A stretch of DNA of 64,000 nucleotides. Source: Nitrospirota bacterium (GTDB taxonomy: Bacteria > Nitrospirota > JACRHL01). Shown in pieces: positions 1 through 9,945 of the stretch. Position numbers and translations under genes: made by a program. Where the stretch lies: positions 17,321 through 81,320 of the forward strand of contig JAOUMB010000001.1 of the NCBI GenBank assembly GCA_029881725.1. Reading direction: 5' to 3'. Below the pieces are notes generated by a model. It did no database searches, was not told where the DNA came from, and was given only the letters and a program-made list of their open reading frames with translations. The stretch's first letter is position 1, and the number at the start of each line of letters is the position of its first letter.

Positions 1-132
1 GGCGAGTGTGTAGGACACTCCCGGCGCCAGCACAAACAGCAGTGCCTGATACAACAAAAATGTGGCGATGGTGTTGGCCGCTCCCAGCAACACAAATCGG
101 GCGCCCTGGCCCGCAGTTTCCCGGTGTCTCAC
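1..132 (-). CDS. GtrA family undecaprenyl-phosphate-sugar flippase (partial, runs off window start; absent from ORF track)
   Basis: Manual translation MRHRETAGQGARFVLLGAANTIATFLLYQALLFVLAPGVSYTLA contains the GtrA RF-x-x-x-G-x-x-NT signature; the GTG start overlaps the upstream stop (GTGA). Confidence 0.8.
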   Translation of the reverse strand, partial: MRHRETAGQGARFVLLGAANTIATFLLYQALLFVLAPGVSYTLA

Positions 133-1079
133 GAGCCGCTGTCGACCAGACGCTGGAACGTGGCGTAATCGCGCACGTAGTCCGCCTCATCGTAAGGTAG
201 GGACGCCAGCACCATCAACACCGCGTCACGGGTGAACTTGTATTGAATGCCCCACACCCGGGGAGGAATGTACACCCCCGCGTTTGGACTGGTAAGGCGC
301 ACCTCCCGCGAGTAGCTGCCGTCGTCCACCACCACGCTCAGTTCACCGCGCATGGCCAGCAGAAACTGGTGACACTCCAGATGCGCGTGCTCGCCACGTA
401 CCCGGTCGTTGGGCACGTCATATACCATGAACATGCGCTGCGGCATGAACGGCAACAGGGTGTTGAAATCCGCCACTCCCAGGCTGCCGCGCAGGTCGCG
501 GAACTGGGGCAGGTGGATCAGCACGCTGTCACCCACCCCCAGGGATTCCCGGTTACCGACCCGCTCAGGTGCGGAGGGGACCGCGCCACGGGCGCTGTCC
601 GCCGGGGAGTGGGCCGCATCCACATAGCTATTGATGCGTGCGGGATTGCCATACACAATGGCCTTGGGCGGCACATTGCGGGTCACCACCGCCCCGGCGC
701 CCACCATGGCACCCGCGCCAATGGTGATGCCCGGCAGAATGGTGGCACCGCCGCCGATGGACGCCCCCGCCTCCACCACGGTTTCGGCAAAGCGCTCCGG
801 ATACTGGCGGGAGCGGGGGAAGCGGTCGTTGGTGAAGGTCACGTTGGGGCCGACGAACACGTCGTTCCCCAGCCGCACGCCGTTCCACAACTGCACCCCG
901 CACTTGACCGTCACCCGGTCCCCCACCCGCACATCGTTCTCGACAAACACGTGGTCGCAGAGGTTGCAGTCCTCCCCGATCACCGCCCCCGGAAGCACGT
1001 GGGCGAACGCCCAGATGCGGGTGCCGCGACCGACGGATTCGGATTCACACAGGGCCTGGGGATGAAGAAATACGCTCAT
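129..1079 (-). CDS. WxcM-like bifunctional hexapeptide N-acetyltransferase / FdtA-QdtA cupin 3,4-ketoisomerase
   Basis: N-terminal hexapeptide repeats with FTNDRFPRS; C-terminal D-x-RG-x-L...RGEHAH cupin motif. Confidence 0.9.
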   Translation of the reverse strand: MSVFLHPQALCESESVGRGTRIWAFAHVLPGAVIGEDCNLCDHVFVENDVRVGDRVTVKCGVQLWNGVRLGNDVFVGPNVTFTNDRFPRSRQYPERFAETVVEAGASIGGGATILPGITIGAGAMVGAGAVVTRNVPPKAIVYGNPARINSYVDAAHSPADSARGAVPSAPERVGNRESLGVGDSVLIHLPQFRDLRGSLGVADFNTLLPFMPQRMFMVYDVPNDRVRGEHAHLECHQFLLAMRGELSVVVDDGSYSREVRLTSPNAGVYIPPRVWGIQYKFTRDAVLMVLASLPYDEADYVRDYATFQRLVDSGS

Positions 1080-1086
1080 GGCAGGG

Positions 1087-2073
1087 TCACTCGGAATCGC
1101 GGGCCGGGTAGGTGGCGCTGAGGGCCACCAGACTTTGTGGACGGCGGCGGGTGTTTTCGGCGATGCGCCACAGGTAGCACCCGATAAAGCCCTGGGTGAA
1201 CAGAAGGGTGAAGCCGACGAACAGGATCACCAGCATGATCGGCGTATAGCCCGGGACCTCGATCACCCCCAGCAGCCACGACAGGTAAATCACCACCGCC
1301 AGCACCAGAGTCACAACACACCCGATGGTACCCACCCACAGCAGCGCCAGAATCGGGAAATCCGAAAACGAAAAAATGCTGTCCAGCATGTACTGGAAGC
1401 GTTTGCCGAAACTCCACGCGCTCTTGCCGTGTTCCCGCTCCCGTCGACGGTACGGGACGAAGGCGCGCCGGTACCCAACCCAGAACAGTTGGGCCACCAG
1501 CGAACTGTTGGTCTCCTCGATCTGAAGCAATGCCCCGCGCACCTGCTCATTGCAGGCAAACACATCCACCCCGCCCGCCGGCACGTCGCGGATCACCAGC
1601 TTGCGGTAGACATACCAGAAGGCGCTGGATAAGGATTTGGTGAACCACCCGTCAGCACGGCCGGTGCGACGGCCGAACGCCACGTCAGCCTCACCCGCAC
1701 GCAGGATGCGGAAAAACTCAGTGATCAGTTCCGGCGGCTCCTGAAGATCGGCGGCCAGCACTGCAAAAAAGCGCCCGCGCGCCAGCTCCAGACCGGTACG
1801 AATGGCCGGAAAAGCACCGAAGTTGCGCGATAGCCCCACCAGTTGCGACTGGAAGGGCATGGCTGGAAGGCGTTCCGCCAGCATGGTATATGAATTGTCC
1901 GGTGAGCCGTCCACCACGAACACCACCTCGAAACCCGTACCAATCTCCCCCGCCAGCGCAATGAGGGCCTCCAGCAGGGAGGGGATGTTTTCCTCGTTGC
2001 GGTACACAGGGATCACCAACGAACAATTGATGCCGTCCGCCGTGGCACCCGCTTTCTGCATTGCAGTGCTCAC
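1087..2073 (-). CDS. GtrB/ArnC-like GT2 polyprenyl-phosphate glycosyltransferase
   Basis: VIPVYRNEE, VDGSPDNS, LSRNFG, ADLQEPPE and two C-terminal TM helices; GTG start overlaps the upstream stop (alternative ATG at 2061). Confidence 0.85.
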   Translation of the reverse strand: MSTAMQKAGATADGINCSLVIPVYRNEENIPSLLEALIALAGEIGTGFEVVFVVDGSPDNSYTMLAERLPAMPFQSQLVGLSRNFGAFPAIRTGLELARGRFFAVLAADLQEPPELITEFFRILRAGEADVAFGRRTGRADGWFTKSLSSAFWYVYRKLVIRDVPAGGVDVFACNEQVRGALLQIEETNSSLVAQLFWVGYRRAFVPYRRREREHGKSAWSFGKRFQYMLDSIFSFSDFPILALLWVGTIGCVVTLVLAVVIYLSWLLGVIEVPGYTPIMLVILFVGFTLLFTQGFIGCYLWRIAENTRRRPQSLVALSATYPARDSE

Positions 2074-3173
2074 GGCGCGCCAATGGTCCCGCACACGGTG
2101 CCGATTTCCGCGTCCGTCATTTCCGCAAAACAGGGCAGGCTCAGGATCCGGCCGGTGGCGCGTGCACTGTGGGTGAGGTCGTTCCGCACATGGGTAACCG
2201 ACGCCATCATCGGCTGATCGGGATCCAGCACCGGGTAATGAATGTCGGTGGCCACGCCGTGGGCCTGCAACCGGGCGCGTACGTCGTCCCGCTGATCGAC
2301 CTGCACCACGCACAGGTGCCCGACACTCCCCGGCTGGTCGGCCCCGGCAAAGTGCCATCCGGAAGGGGCGGCATCCCGGTACCGTTCAATGATCTCGCGG
2401 CGGCGCGCATTCCAATCGTCCAGCCGTTTCAGCTTTACCCGCAGCACGGCCGCCTGCAATTCATCCAGGCGGCTGTTGCGCCCATTGGGGATGGCGCTGT
2501 GATACTTGCGGTCCCATCCATACTGTTTAAAGGCCTTCACGGCCTCCGCGTGCGCCTCCGACTGACATACCACCGCCCCTCCGTCGCCCAGAGCGCCCAA
2601 GTTCTTGGTGGGATAAAAGCTGAAAGTGGCCAATTCTCCCATGGAACCGGCGCGGCAATCATCCAGACGCGCGCCGTGGGCCTGGGCACAGTCTTCCAGA
2701 ATCAGCACGCCCGGGTGCCCGGCGGCATCCAGCCGGCTCCGCAGTTGCGGCACGTCCACCACCGAACCGTACAGATGGGTAGCCACCACCACACGGGTGT
2801 TCGGCCCCACGGCATCAAGCGCCGCTTCAATGCTCATCAGCAGAGTGTCCGGACTCACATCCACATACACTGGCCGGGCACCAACCAGATTGCATGCAAC
2901 GGTGGTATATCCGCCCGCATTGGCCACGGTAATCACTTCGCTGTCCGGGCCACACCCGGCCACCCGCAGGGCAATTTCCAGAGCGTCGGTGCCGTTGGCC
3001 ACACTCACGCAGTGGGCGACACCCAGGTAATGGGCAAAGTCTGCCTCAAAGCCGGAGGTCTCCGAACCCAGCAGGTACCAGCCACTCTCCAGCACGCGCT
3101 GCACCGCCGTGTCGATCCCGGCTTTCAGATCTGAATACTGCCGACCCGGCGCATTGAAGGGAATTTTATTCAT
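2070..3173 (-). CDS. DegT/DnrJ/EryC1/StrS sugar aminotransferase (FdtB-like)
   Basis: ANGTDAL, EDCAQAHG, SFYPTKNLGALGDGG, NSRLDELQAA. Confidence 0.92.
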   Translation of the reverse strand: MNKIPFNAPGRQYSDLKAGIDTAVQRVLESGWYLLGSETSGFEADFAHYLGVAHCVSVANGTDALEIALRVAGCGPDSEVITVANAGGYTTVACNLVGARPVYVDVSPDTLLMSIEAALDAVGPNTRVVVATHLYGSVVDVPQLRSRLDAAGHPGVLILEDCAQAHGARLDDCRAGSMGELATFSFYPTKNLGALGDGGAVVCQSEAHAEAVKAFKQYGWDRKYHSAIPNGRNSRLDELQAAVLRVKLKRLDDWNARRREIIERYRDAAPSGWHFAGADQPGSVGHLCVVQVDQRDDVRARLQAHGVATDIHYPVLDPDQPMMASVTHVRNDLTHSARATGRILSLPCFAEMTDAEIGTVCGTIGAP

Positions 3174-3452
3174 GTGCAGGTGAATTTTTTTGATTGAGCA
3201 CAACCGTTTGGTTTGCCTTGTCGGTCGTAACCAGATTCGAGTTGAGCCACCGGATTTTCCCGCACACGAGAGACAAAAGCACTTGAAACCATATCCCCAG
3301 CGCCACTACCCTCCCATTACCCGACGGCGGATATCCTGCTGCCGCGCATTCTACGTTTTTCTCCTGCCCCTCACAAGGAACAGGCTACCCACCCCCTCCG
3401 GCGAACACTGTCACTACCCATTAGCCTCCGGGGCATCTTTGGCAACTCCCCC

Positions 3453-5258
3453 ATGCTCACAACGATCTCATACATAATCCTGTCCACAAGGGCACCGTTT
3501 TATCTGTTTTTCACTTCCCTTTTAACACTCCTTTTTATTACCTACCTCCACCCTTCCGAAGCGTTTTATGATGTCCACGATTATCTGGATGCGTTTTTTG
3601 TCTTCCTGGCCCAACGGGCGGAAATTCCGGATTTGTTCTGGAATCTGAATGCCCGAATGGAACGTCCGCTGGGGGGGATTTCTCTGAATGCGGTCGGGAT
3701 AAACGACTTTGGAATCGGCCAGAACCTGTTTTTATGGTTCGACCCTTTCACCGCGCAGGCCATTGCGGAACTGACCTCACGTGTGATCGGATTTGTCGGC
3801 ACGTTCCTGTTTGTCAGCAGGCATGTGATCCCTCCGCATGCCCGTTCGGGATCAGTATTTATCGCATCCCTCAGCGCTCTCATGTTTGCCATTGCGCCCC
3901 ACTACCCGGCTTTTTATGCAACCGTCACAATGGTGCCTCTGCTCGCATTCGCGGTAGCCAATATCTGGTCCGGAAAGCATCGCCAGACGGACTTTGCCAT
4001 CATTGGTGCATACCCGTTTTTTTCCTACTTTATATTTGGCGGTTTTGCCGTCACCGGAGTGCTTCTTTGGGTCGCAACAATCGCCTTCGTACTGCGCAAC
4101 AAATCAGCACTGATACTGGCACTTACCGGACTTTATCTTCTGCTGGCATACTGTTTGATGGAATACCGCCTGATTGTCGACCTTCTTTTCTCCACAACCC
4201 CTTCGATCCGTTCCGAGTTTATCCACCCGGAGTATTCGGGACTGCCCGCGATCCTGTCGTCGGCATGGGGCGTATTTCTGCACGGGCAACGCCATTTCAA
4301 AGGGGTTCTTTACGGATTCTCGGCGTACTTCGTCTACACCACATCTATCTTTTTTTTCGCTGCCGCCCTGGCACGGCGGTACGGGGTGCGTTTTCTCCCC
4401 GAGCTTCCCAGTCGATCACTTCTCTGGGCTATCCTCTCCATCGGATTGGCCGCACTTTGTTCCATCGTTTACGCGATGGATAACAACGGTCTTTTCAACC
4501 TCAAATACGACATCGGTCTTCCGTTTCAGTTCAACCGCATCATCGTATGGGTGCCTTTCCTCTGGGCGGTTGCTTTTGCGTCCACGCTCTCCTTGGCTAC
4601 TAGCTGGTTTCCCGGGATTCGTGTTCTCCTGCTGGTTGGAATTGCGGTTCTTTCGCTACAGGGAACCTGGGCTCATATCGACGGAATCCATCCCAAGCTC
4701 GGACTGCTCTCCTGCCGCATGTCGGGTAACGGTGAGTGCTCCAAATGGCTCGACCCCATGCGCCCCGCAGCGCAGGTTTCCATTCGCGCCTATTTCCGGC
4801 AGAAAACCTATGAAAAACTGGCTGGAGCCATTGGAAAACCACAGGACCAGTACCGGGTAGTAAGCGTTGGACTCAGCCCAATGACCGCAGTTTTTAACGG
4901 GTTCTTCACGCTTGATGGATACCTAACCAACTATCCCCTTTCCCATAAGGCGGCCTTTCGCAAAATCATTTCCGGTGAGTTGGAAAAGGATGATCGCTTG
5001 ATGCGGTATTTCGACACGTGGGGCGGTCGCGCACGTTTGTTTATTGCAGATCCTGATTCCTGGGCCGGTTTTCGGTCCATTCAACGACCGAACGCCGGAC
5101 CGGTAGACCTGGCCATCGATACCTGCCAGATTTGGTTCATGGGGGGGGAATATATATTTTCCCGTTACCTTTTGGTCAATGCGGAAGAGCTGAACCTTGA
5201 CCTCAAGGGGATCCTCGATGACATTTTTCTGTACGAGATACGCCCGGATTCGTGCTGA
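3453..5258 (+). CDS. DUF6044/YkoS-like polytopic membrane protein, putative GT-C glycosyltransferase
   Basis: Many TM segments, early HDYLD acidic loop, C-terminal YRVVSVG...NGFFTLDGY...YPLSHK..FRKII..EL....YFDTWGGR block recognised as DUF6044-like. Confidence 0.7.
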   Translation: MLTTISYIILSTRAPFYLFFTSLLTLLFITYLHPSEAFYDVHDYLDAFFVFLAQRAEIPDLFWNLNARMERPLGGISLNAVGINDFGIGQNLFLWFDPFTAQAIAELTSRVIGFVGTFLFVSRHVIPPHARSGSVFIASLSALMFAIAPHYPAFYATVTMVPLLAFAVANIWSGKHRQTDFAIIGAYPFFSYFIFGGFAVTGVLLWVATIAFVLRNKSALILALTGLYLLLAYCLMEYRLIVDLLFSTTPSIRSEFIHPEYSGLPAILSSAWGVFLHGQRHFKGVLYGFSAYFVYTTSIFFFAAALARRYGVRFLPELPSRSLLWAILSIGLAALCSIVYAMDNNGLFNLKYDIGLPFQFNRIIVWVPFLWAVAFASTLSLATSWFPGIRVLLLVGIAVLSLQGTWAHIDGIHPKLGLLSCRMSGNGECSKWLDPMRPAAQVSIRAYFRQKTYEKLAGAIGKPQDQYRVVSVGLSPMTAVFNGFFTLDGYLTNYPLSHKAAFRKIISGELEKDDRLMRYFDTWGGRARLFIADPDSWAGFRSIQRPNAGPVDLAIDTCQIWFMGGEYIFSRYLLVNAEELNLDLKGILDDIFLYEIRPDSC

Positions 5259-6106
5259 GGAAAGTCCCCCAGGTGCCCCAAATACCCCGTACCATCCTCA
5301 TCACCGGCGCCTCCTCCGGTATTGGCCGCTGCGCGGCGCTGATGTTCCGGGACCGGGGCTGGCGGGTGTTCGCCACCGCCCGCAAGGACGAGGACCTGGA
5401 GGCGCTGGAGGCGGAAAACGTGACCCCCATCCGTCTGGAACTGGCGGACACCGCCTCGGTGCAGTCCACCGCCGCGCAGGTGCTGAACGCCACCGGCGGG
5501 CGGCTGGACGCCCTGTTCAACAACGGCGCCTACGGCCAGAGCGGCGCCATCGAGGACCTGTCCCGCAGGGCGCTGGAAGAGCAGTTCGCCACCAACCTGT
5601 TCGGCACCGTGGAACTGACCAATGCGGTGCTGCCCGCCATGCGCGCCAACGGGCACGGGCGCATCGTGATGAACAGCAGCGTGCTGGGACTGGTGTCCCT
5701 GGCCTATCGGGGGGCCTACAACGCCAGCAAATATGCCCTGGAGGGGGTTTGCGACACCCTGCGGCTGGAGCTGAAAGGCTCCGGCATCCACGTCTGTCTG
5801 GTGGAGCCGGGGCCGATCCTTTCGCGTTTCCGGGCCAACTCCTATCTGGCCTTTCAGCGCCATATCGACGCGGAGGCCAGTGTGCACCGCGATCGCTACC
5901 GGGCCATGCGCGAGCGGCTCAACACGAAGGGCGCCGCCGTGCCCTTCACCCTGCCGCCGGAAGCGGTGGTGAAAAAGGTCATCCACGCGGTGGAAAGCCG
6001 ATCCCCACGCCCGCGCTACTACGTGACCTTCCCCACCTATCTGTTCGGTTTGTTACGCCGGGTACTGTCCACCCGCATGCTGGACCGGCTGCTGGCCCGG
6101 GTCTAA
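5252..6106 (+). CDS. SDR family oxidoreductase (YbbO-like)
   Basis: TGASSGIG, NNGAYG, YNASK. Confidence 0.9.
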   Translation: MLRKVPQVPQIPRTILITGASSGIGRCAALMFRDRGWRVFATARKDEDLEALEAENVTPIRLELADTASVQSTAAQVLNATGGRLDALFNNGAYGQSGAIEDLSRRALEEQFATNLFGTVELTNAVLPAMRANGHGRIVMNSSVLGLVSLAYRGAYNASKYALEGVCDTLRLELKGSGIHVCLVEPGPILSRFRANSYLAFQRHIDAEASVHRDRYRAMRERLNTKGAAVPFTLPPEAVVKKVIHAVESRSPRPRYYVTFPTYLFGLLRRVLSTRMLDRLLARV

Positions 6107-6115
6107 TCGATCGGG

Positions 6116-6278
6116 GCTGAACGACCACCCCGGCGCCACCCCGCCCATCCGCAACTATGGCCGTGCGCCTGGCACTTCTCCAGAATTCCAGGTTGCCCGG
6201 GGCCAACCTCAAACGGCGCTGAACGACCACCCCGGTGTCACCCCGCCCATCCGCAACTATGGCCGTGCGCCTAGCACT
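6116..6278. repeat. ~61-bp direct repeat, two copies (6116-6176 and 6218-6278)
   Basis: gctgaacgaccaccccggYgYcaccccgcccatccgcaactatggccgtgcgcctRgcact occurs twice, 102 bp apart, with 3 differences. Confidence 0.9.
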
Positions 6279-7644
6279 CGGCGTGGACCACGCGGTTGCG
6301 GCCTTTGGATTTGGCAACATACAGGGCCTTGTCCGCCTTGGCCACCAGCGGGTCGATGCCCGCCCCGTGATCCGGGTAGGCGGCCACCCCGGCGCTCACC
6401 GTCACCCGCAGGGCCACCTTGCCCAGGTCGGTCACCTCCCGCGCCATCCGTTCGCGAATGCGCTCCGCCACGCCGTGGGCGCCGCTCAGACCGGTGCCGG
6501 GCAGCAGCACGGCAAATTCCTCACCGCCCAGCCGCGCCGGACGGTCGATGGTACGCACCTCCTCGCGCAGCACTTCCGCCAGCAGTTTCAGCACCCGGTC
6601 GCCGGTCTGGTGGCCGTGGCGGTCGTTGACCTGCTTGAAATGGTCCAGGTCCAGGATGATCAGGCCGAACGGTTGCGTGAAGCGCTCCGCCCGCGCCAGT
6701 TCCTCCTCCACATAGCGATGGAATGCGCGCCGGTTGGGCAGGCCGGTCAGTTCGTCGTGCAGCGACAGATATTCCAGCCGCTCGTGGGTACGCGCCAGAT
6801 CCTCGCCCATGCGGTTGAAGGCCGCCGCCAGTTGCCCCAGTTCATCCTTGCGGTCCAGCGCCACCGGCACCGAAAAATCGCCAGTGGCATACCGCTCCGC
6901 CGCCTGCTGCAAGGCGCCCAACGGCAGCACGATGGAGCGGGTCAGGCTGTAGCCGATGATCGCCGCCAGCCCCAGCGCCCCCCACAGCAGCCCCATCACC
7001 ACCGACAGGTCGCGCCGCTGGGCTTCACGGGCCACCACCCACTCGTTGTGAATGCGCCCCTCGATCAATTCATACAGCCGTCCCAGAATCTGGATGGTGT
7101 GGCCGGTGTGGCGGTCGAACTTGTTCATGGTGGCGATGCGCACCGCCTGCGGCATCTCGTCCTCCCGGAACAGGCGCCGGGCGTCGTCGCGGGCGGTGCG
7201 CCATTCGGCCACCGCCACCGCCATCAGCTGCCGTTCCACCCGCAGCAGGGCATCGCGGGTTTCCTCGCGTACCTCCAGGCTCCCTTCCGGGGCCTCCATC
7301 ACCCCCTGTGGCGGCTGCTCCGGGTTGCCGCGCCGGGCATAGCGCTCGAACAGGCCGTCGATCTCCGCCGACACCCGCTCGAAGCCCTCCGGATAGACGG
7401 GGTCGGCCTCGACCAGAAAATCGTGCACCGGCTGGGCGGAGGAATACACCAGTTGTTGCAGGCGCGATACCGGCACCATGGAATCCAGCGCCCGGTTGAC
7501 GATCTGCTGGTAGGAACCGCCCACCATGCCCAGAAACAGGAACGCCCACGCGGACAGGCCGAACACGCCCAGCGCCATCACCATCAGGGTGGCAATGGCG
7601 CGCGCACGCATGGACTGCTGCAAATAGCGGAACAGGCGGATCAA
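6271..7644 (-). CDS. Membrane diguanylate cyclase (periplasmic domain, HAMP, GGDEF)
   Basis: Two TM helices, DELGQLAAAFNRM (HAMP), DELTGLPNRR, DLDHFKQVND, RTID I-site, GGEEF. Confidence 0.92.
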   Translation of the reverse strand: MIRLFRYLQQSMRARAIATLMVMALGVFGLSAWAFLFLGMVGGSYQQIVNRALDSMVPVSRLQQLVYSSAQPVHDFLVEADPVYPEGFERVSAEIDGLFERYARRGNPEQPPQGVMEAPEGSLEVREETRDALLRVERQLMAVAVAEWRTARDDARRLFREDEMPQAVRIATMNKFDRHTGHTIQILGRLYELIEGRIHNEWVVAREAQRRDLSVVMGLLWGALGLAAIIGYSLTRSIVLPLGALQQAAERYATGDFSVPVALDRKDELGQLAAAFNRMGEDLARTHERLEYLSLHDELTGLPNRRAFHRYVEEELARAERFTQPFGLIILDLDHFKQVNDRHGHQTGDRVLKLLAEVLREEVRTIDRPARLGGEEFAVLLPGTGLSGAHGVAERIRERMAREVTDLGKVALRVTVSAGVAAYPDHGAGIDPLVAKADKALYVAKSKGRNRVVHAEC

Positions 7645-8969
7645 GCAGTCGGCTCCGTCTCTCCCACCGGCGGGATGGTGACCCGCGCCAGAAAGCCGCC
7701 CAACTCCTCCGACCGGCCAAAGGTGAGGGTTCCGCCATAGGAGTCGGCCACGTCCCCCGCAATGGCCAGACCCAGCCCGTGACCGGGGGCCGCCTCGTCC
7801 AGACGCACGCCCCGGCGGGCAATGTTTTTCAGTTCCTCGTCGGGACAGCCGGGGCCGTCATCCTCCACCCGCACCTGCATGCCGGGAACCTCCTCCACGG
7901 TCAGCCGCACCCGCGCGGTTGCCCACTTGCAGGCATTGTCCAGAAGATTCCCAAATAATTCAAGGAGATCCTCCCGATCGGCCCCGCAGTCCTTGCCCTT
8001 GGGCACGCGCACGTCGATGGTGACCTCGCGCTCCCGGTGGGCGGCGGACACGGCGCGGGCCAGGGCGGTGAGTTCCCGTTCCAGATCCACCCGCTCGCCG
8101 GGGCGGGCCTGTCCGGCCAGCCGGGCACGGCCCAGTTCGCGCTCCACCAGCCCGGTGATGCGCTCCACCTGACCGACGATTTCGGCGCGCGCCCCGGCGC
8201 TGTCCAGGCCGTCGTTTTCGGTGGTCTGGCGGATCACGGAGAGGGGTGTCTTGAGGGCATGGGCCAGATTGCCCATGGCGGTGCGGGAGCGCCCCACGCG
8301 GCGCTGGAGGGAGTCCAGCAACTGGTTGAACCCGGCCACCAGCGGCACCATTTCATCCGGCACCTGTTCGGTGACCCGGGTGGCCTGTCCGCGCTCCAGC
8401 GCCTCCAGGTCCGCCCGCACCCGCTTCAGCGGCTTCAGGGTGTACCCCACGATGGCCCGCTGCAACACCACCAGAAGGCTCAAAAACCCAAGCGAGATCA
8501 ACCCCACCTGCACCTGCATGGCACGCACCGCATGGCTCACGTGGGACAGGTCCTCCCCCACCGAAATCACCACCTGCACACCGCGCCGCGTGTAGGAGCG
8601 GGTAACCACCAGCAACGGCTGCCCACGGGGTCCACGGGCGCGCTGAATGGGGTGTTTGGTGTCGGGAAATCCCTCATCCCACAGGGAGCGGGACAGAAAT
8701 TCACTGGGACCGGCCACCACCCGGAAGTAGTGGCCGGAGAACGGGCGGGAGAACACCGGCCCCACCTGCCGGAGGCCCAGCGTGACGCCTCCCAGGGGAC
8801 CGATGCGCAGGGCTCCGAGTAGCGCCTCGGCGTCGTGCTCCAGCCGCTCCACCATGCGATCTTCGTAAATGGCCGGGGCCATCAGGCCGATCACCACGAA
8901 CTGGAGTGCAAACAGCACCACCAGACTGGCGCTCAACCCCCAGCTCAGACGTGCCTTGAGCGAGTTCAC
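7641..8969 (-). CDS. Sensor histidine kinase (PhoQ/CarS-like)
   Basis: LAHALKTPL, NLLDNACKW, EDDGPG, GHGLGL. Confidence 0.92.
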   Translation of the reverse strand: MNSLKARLSWGLSASLVVLFALQFVVIGLMAPAIYEDRMVERLEHDAEALLGALRIGPLGGVTLGLRQVGPVFSRPFSGHYFRVVAGPSEFLSRSLWDEGFPDTKHPIQRARGPRGQPLLVVTRSYTRRGVQVVISVGEDLSHVSHAVRAMQVQVGLISLGFLSLLVVLQRAIVGYTLKPLKRVRADLEALERGQATRVTEQVPDEMVPLVAGFNQLLDSLQRRVGRSRTAMGNLAHALKTPLSVIRQTTENDGLDSAGARAEIVGQVERITGLVERELGRARLAGQARPGERVDLERELTALARAVSAAHREREVTIDVRVPKGKDCGADREDLLELFGNLLDNACKWATARVRLTVEEVPGMQVRVEDDGPGCPDEELKNIARRGVRLDEAAPGHGLGLAIAGDVADSYGGTLTFGRSEELGGFLARVTIPPVGETEPTA

Positions 8970-9625
8970 TGGCCCCCGAACACGTAGCCCTGGCCGCGCC
9001 GGGTCTGGATCATCTCCTTGCCCACCTTGTCGCGCAGGCGCTTGATGTAGACCTCGATCACGTTGCTGCCGCGCTCCGCGTCCAGGTCGTAGACATGTTC
9101 CTCCAGCCGCTCCTTGGACAGCACCCGCCCCCGGTTGAGCATCAGGGCGCGCAGCAGGCGGAACTCCACCCCGGTCAGGCGGTGGACGGTGCCGTTTACG
9201 GTGACCTGCTGGGTCTCCTCGTCCAGTTCCACCCCCTCCACCGCCAGCGGTCCCTGGGTGCGGCCCTGGCTGCGGCGGATCAGCGCCCCCATGCGGGCGA
9301 TCAGTTCCTTCATGTAAAACGGCTTGGACAGGTAATCGTCGGCTCCGGCGTCGAAGCCGTCCACCTTTTCATGCCACTGGCCGCGGGCGGTGAGCACGAT
9401 CACCGGCGTGGTGTTGCCCCGCTTGCGCCATGCCCGGAGTACGTCCAGCCCCGGTTTTCCCGGCAGACCCAGGTCGAGAATCACCGCGTCGTAGGGAAAC
9501 TGGTTGCCATAGATTTCGGCGCTTTCGCCGTTGCCGGTGCCGTCCACGGCGTAGCCCGATTTGGAAAGGGCGTCCGACAACTGGCTGCGCAACGATTCGT
9601 CGTCTTCAACCACCAGCACGCGCAT
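8966..9625 (-). CDS. OmpR-family response regulator
   Basis: VVEDD, LDLGLP, GADDYLSKPF, SNVIEVYIKRLR, TRRGQGY. Confidence 0.95.
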   Translation of the reverse strand: MRVLVVEDDESLRSQLSDALSKSGYAVDGTGNGESAEIYGNQFPYDAVILDLGLPGKPGLDVLRAWRKRGNTTPVIVLTARGQWHEKVDGFDAGADDYLSKPFYMKELIARMGALIRRSQGRTQGPLAVEGVELDEETQQVTVNGTVHRLTGVEFRLLRALMLNRGRVLSKERLEEHVYDLDAERGSNVIEVYIKRLRDKVGKEMIQTRRGQGYVFGGQ

Positions 9626-9627
9626 GC

Positions 9628-9945
9628 TCAGTCCTCCTGCTCGCTGTCCAGAAGCTCGCCGGTGCGGGCGTCAAAAAAGAACTCCCACACCTCGCCGTCC
9701 TCGGTGAGCAGTTCGATCTCGTACACCAGCCGGTCGTCCCGCTCCTCCAGCTCCGCCTCCAGCAGTTCCCCCTTGCGCTCCTGCTGGGCACGTTCCAGCA
9801 GTTCCGACAGGGGCCGGATTTCGCCGGACATGCGCAGCTTGCGCATCTCGTCATATTCCAGGTCGCCGGCCAGTGCCGGGGCGCCACACCAGGGCGCCAC
9901 CAGCAGGGCCAGCAAAAGCGCCAGAATATGCCTGTGATCAGTCAC
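9628..9945 (-). CDS. Exported PepSY domain protein
   Basis: Signal peptide; GEIRPL...GELLEAELE...VYEIELL...FDARTGELL. Confidence 0.85.
   Translation of the reverse strand: MTDHRHILALLLALLVAPWCGAPALAGDLEYDEMRKLRMSGEIRPLSELLERAQQERKGELLEAELEERDDRLVYEIELLTEDGEVWEFFFDARTGELLDSEQED

Noticed and set aside
6116..6278. Possible CRISPR repeat-spacer-repeat
   Set aside because: The repeat is too long (~61 bp), has only two copies, overlaps a stop codon, and no cas genes are present
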